A DNA stretch of 62,110 nucleotides, the filler included, from Sphacelaria rigidula (Eukaryota), in assembly GCA_964200075.2 (NCBI GenBank). It is 8 parts of 8 records of this genome, joined end to end, with 100 filler letters (N's around TTAATTAATTAA, not from the genome) between each part and the next. Parts side by side here need not be neighbours in the genome. Positions count along the whole stretch, not along the records: positions 54,436 to 62,110 come from CAXNAA020013830.1; 7 more parts are not named here. One strand, 5' to 3'. Within the stretch, counting starts at the first letter, position 1. Every line of letters begins with the position of its first letter. Below, piece by piece: positions 59,330 through 62,110 of the stretch. Made by a program: the position numbers and the translations under genes. The notes beneath the pieces were generated by a model. That model saw only the letters and a list, made by a program, of their open reading frames with translations, did no database searches and had not been told where the DNA came from.

Positions 59330-60819
59330 CTGACTCGAAGGCGTTGAACAAGCTTTGAGTACGTGACGTGTGTGTGAGAGTGAGTGTTGTTGAGTGACCT
59401 TTGAGAAGGTGATTTGAACAGTGATTCGAGGGGCCTCTTCGACGAGGGAGCAGAAGAAAATAAACTCTTACCTGAGTTTGCTATTCTGCTTCTATTCGTT
59501 CCCCGCTAGTTATATTTTGCATAGCGCAAACCAGAAAAAAATAGGACCCTATTTTTCGTTGTATACAAGGATGAGCTAAGGGTCGGCTGCCGGCCCCACG
59601 CTCGGTCGTCGGAATATAGACGTGGATTTTCTGTTTTACGGGGGCGGTCTGAGCTGTGTTTGTTCTTTTGACTTCGCAAGTGTCGAAGGGCTCAGCCCGC
59701 CAATGGGTATGACTGTGGCCGCTAGAAAAACCAGGGGGTGCGGGCGGGAGGATTCGTGGTAGCCCCCTCCTATACTTGCCCGTACCCCCTTTATGGGATC
59801 AAAGAATCGATGCTGGTGGCAAATTGGACCAGCGCCCGAATCACCCCTTGAAGGGTGGGTGAATTTGGGGTCCCCCTGTCCCCTTCCAGGCTACGGGTTA
59901 GGTACGTGAGATGGGCCGAGGTTCGAATCGCAGTTTCATGAGGGAGGGTGTTGGTGGAGTTATAGTTCAGGTATTCCCCCCCCCCCTCCCCCCCGCCTTG
60001 GGCGAGCGCGTGCGCTGAGTCGTTGTGATTCGAGGGGCGCCAATTATTGTGTATTGGAGGGTGTGTTTTGTTTCGGTTGGGAATGTGGTGAAAAAGCTCC
60101 ACTGTTTCGTAACCACAGGAGTCGAGACGAAACAGTACAGAGTCGCCGTCTGGCGTGCATGCACACGGAGCGGGTTTTATTGTTTGAATCGTTTTGCTGG
60201 TTGTGGTTCTTGACCGACCGGTGGGCGGAGGGGGTGGGTACGTCTTCCACTGGTGTTTTTGAAGGGAGAGAAGTGATTGATGCTGCATTTACGGGTTGAT
60301 TTTGATATTTGAGTTGTACATGTGGTGCGTGTGCCTGCGTGTTGATCGTGTGTGCGTGTGTGTATGTTGTGCGGGTGTCCGTTGCCCTTGTAGTTTGTAT
60401 CTTGCGTTTTCCCCTCCGGTAGGGTTCTCGCTCGCGTATCCAAAAATAAAATTAGTATTTTTTTTCTGACAAAATACGGCCTGGTGTTACGCTGTAGAAG
60501 TCCCGTTGACACTCGCTGTGCTGTGCTTAGTCAACGGGGGAACGCTCGGCGCATATGTCGAGAACGCGGTGCCCCGAGAGATTTGGCCCGGGCAAGGAAC
60601 CACAGGACCTGCACGTTTTAAAGAGTCGGTAAAGAGAGGTGGGAGGGAGGGGAGGGGAGGGGAGGGGAGGGGAGGGGAATTAGAGATATGTACGTTGTTA
60701 TCTCGTACCTTTGGAGTGGAAAGAGCTTCCGGGGGGGGACCTGCGGTCGGTTGATGTTTATTACCGTTATGATGTTGGTTGTTTGATTTTTGGTGCTGTC
60801 GTCCTTCCTCCACTCGCGG

Positions 60820-61144
60820 GGCGCCCCGCGGCTCCCTGTATTTTGATCATGAGCTGCCTGTACCTCGCTCGCGGGGTCCTGATAGCGTTGACATCCGCTC
60901 CGTCCCACGTGATGGACAAGAGATGGAATCGTGTTTTTTCCATCGTATAACGAGACATGTAGTTGATGTCTCAATTACCCCTTGCACGGCGCCCCGCGTC
61001 TCCCTGTATTCCGATAATGAGCTGCCTGTGCCTCGCTTGCGGGGTCCTGATGGCGTGAAGGCCCGATCCGTTCCAGGTGATGGTCAAGAGATCGAATTGT
61101 GTGTGTTGTCGATCTTTTAAAGAGACATGTACCTCAGGTCTCAA
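60820..61144. repeat. 168-bp tandem duplication (2 diverged copies)
   Basis: GGCGCCCCGCG.CTCCCTGTATT..GAT.ATGAGCTGCCTGT.CCTCGCT.GCGGGGTCCTGAT at 60820 and 60988. Confidence 0.85.
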
Positions 61145-62110
61145 CTTGACATGCAGCTGAGGTATCAACTGTGGTGCTTGCAGAAAAAGGAGGGTGCGCG
61201 CGAGCGAAAGATGGAGGAGGGAGAGACTGACGTACCTTGACTGAGTATACTCTAACGCAACCTATTTCATGCGTACGTGTGTGTGTGTGTGTTCGTGTGT
61301 TCCACCCTTCCCCACCCCCGCCGCCACTCCCCTTCGTCGATTGTCGGAGGTCTGTGTTGCACTCAACCCTGTACTGTATTGAACACTAGATCACATGGTA
61401 AATTTGTACACGGTCAAACCAAATGAATGAAATGGTGTGTGCAGGTGTCCTGAATTTTCGGGTGGTGTCGTGTGGTGTCTCCTGGATGGGCTAAGAGCTG
61501 GTCATGTAGGGGGAAAATGTGGTGATTGAGGAGCAAGAGTTCAGGAGTCGAGCGTAGCGGGATATACGGTATATGCATCGGGGTCGACCGTGCGAATTTC
61601 TCTTCATGTGATTCGATGGTATTTTCAAAGGTTCTTTCACTACTATTATTCCCTCGATGAGATCACTCGTATGTTCTTCCCCACAAGAGGTTTTATGTGC
61701 GCCTCTTATTTTTTTTTCTTTCCTACTTTTTTATTCAAATTCTTACGTGCACTTTTTTATTTTTATTTTTACGTGTTTCGGCGTGCGGTCTTTTACTAAT
61801 CGACTCCTTATTTATTTTTGATTCTGCTTTTTCGTGGATATTGCACAAATACCAAGCGGCAATATGAACATGTGAGATTTTGTTAGCCCCCCGCCCCCCG
61901 TCTCCCAGATAGATGTGTTATTGGTGGGACCAAAACGAAACGACTCATGCACCTGGCTGCAGTTTTCCTTCCTGGTGCTATTGAAAAACGTGGTGGGCGC
62001 CGCGGTACTGCTGGCAGGTGCGGGTATGGGTGTGCTTTTTGCAAGTTCGTTCCTTGGCGCCTTTATTTACGTGTTTCGTTTGGCGGTTTGGCGCCATGTT
62101 TGTAGAAAAG

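Noticed and set aside
1-62110. Functional gene cluster (TOR + kinase + flotillin + EEP + retrotransposon)
   Set aside because: Each gene is on a different contig. The contigs are adjacent only because they were sorted by length and joined by artificial linkers.

Overview
Eukaryotic nuclear DNA, most likely from a brown alga or related photosynthetic stramenopile. This is inferred from intron-rich GT-AG genes, an ASAFAP-like plastid leader and the repeat content. The window is not one locus. It is eight unrelated, size-sorted contigs (7677 bp x5, 7675 bp x3) joined by 100-bp N44-TTAATTAATTAA-N44 linkers, so no synteny across linkers should be inferred. Contig 1 is nested non-autonomous DNA transposons/MITEs. 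Contig 2 holds an EEP (CCR4/nocturnin-like) gene with a likely plastid leader. Contig 3 holds a CAMK/CDPK-like kinase gene on the minus strand. Contig 4 is a decayed Ty3/gypsy LTR retrotransposon with a very long gag region. Contig 5 is the 3' half of a flotillin gene plus a stack of piggyBac-like MITEs. Contig 6 is the 3' end of a possible KH-domain gene followed by a TIR element filled with a 43-bp repeat-spacer array. Contig 7 is the 3' end of TOR kinase with a ~700-aa insertion before FATC. Contig 8 is the 3' part of an unknown 9-exon gene. The most unusual signal is the array at 42910-44648: CATATTG-N6-CAATATATATTG-N17/18 units in one orientation, with fixed-length variable spacers. All gene models were built by hand from splice sites and phases; no database searches were run.
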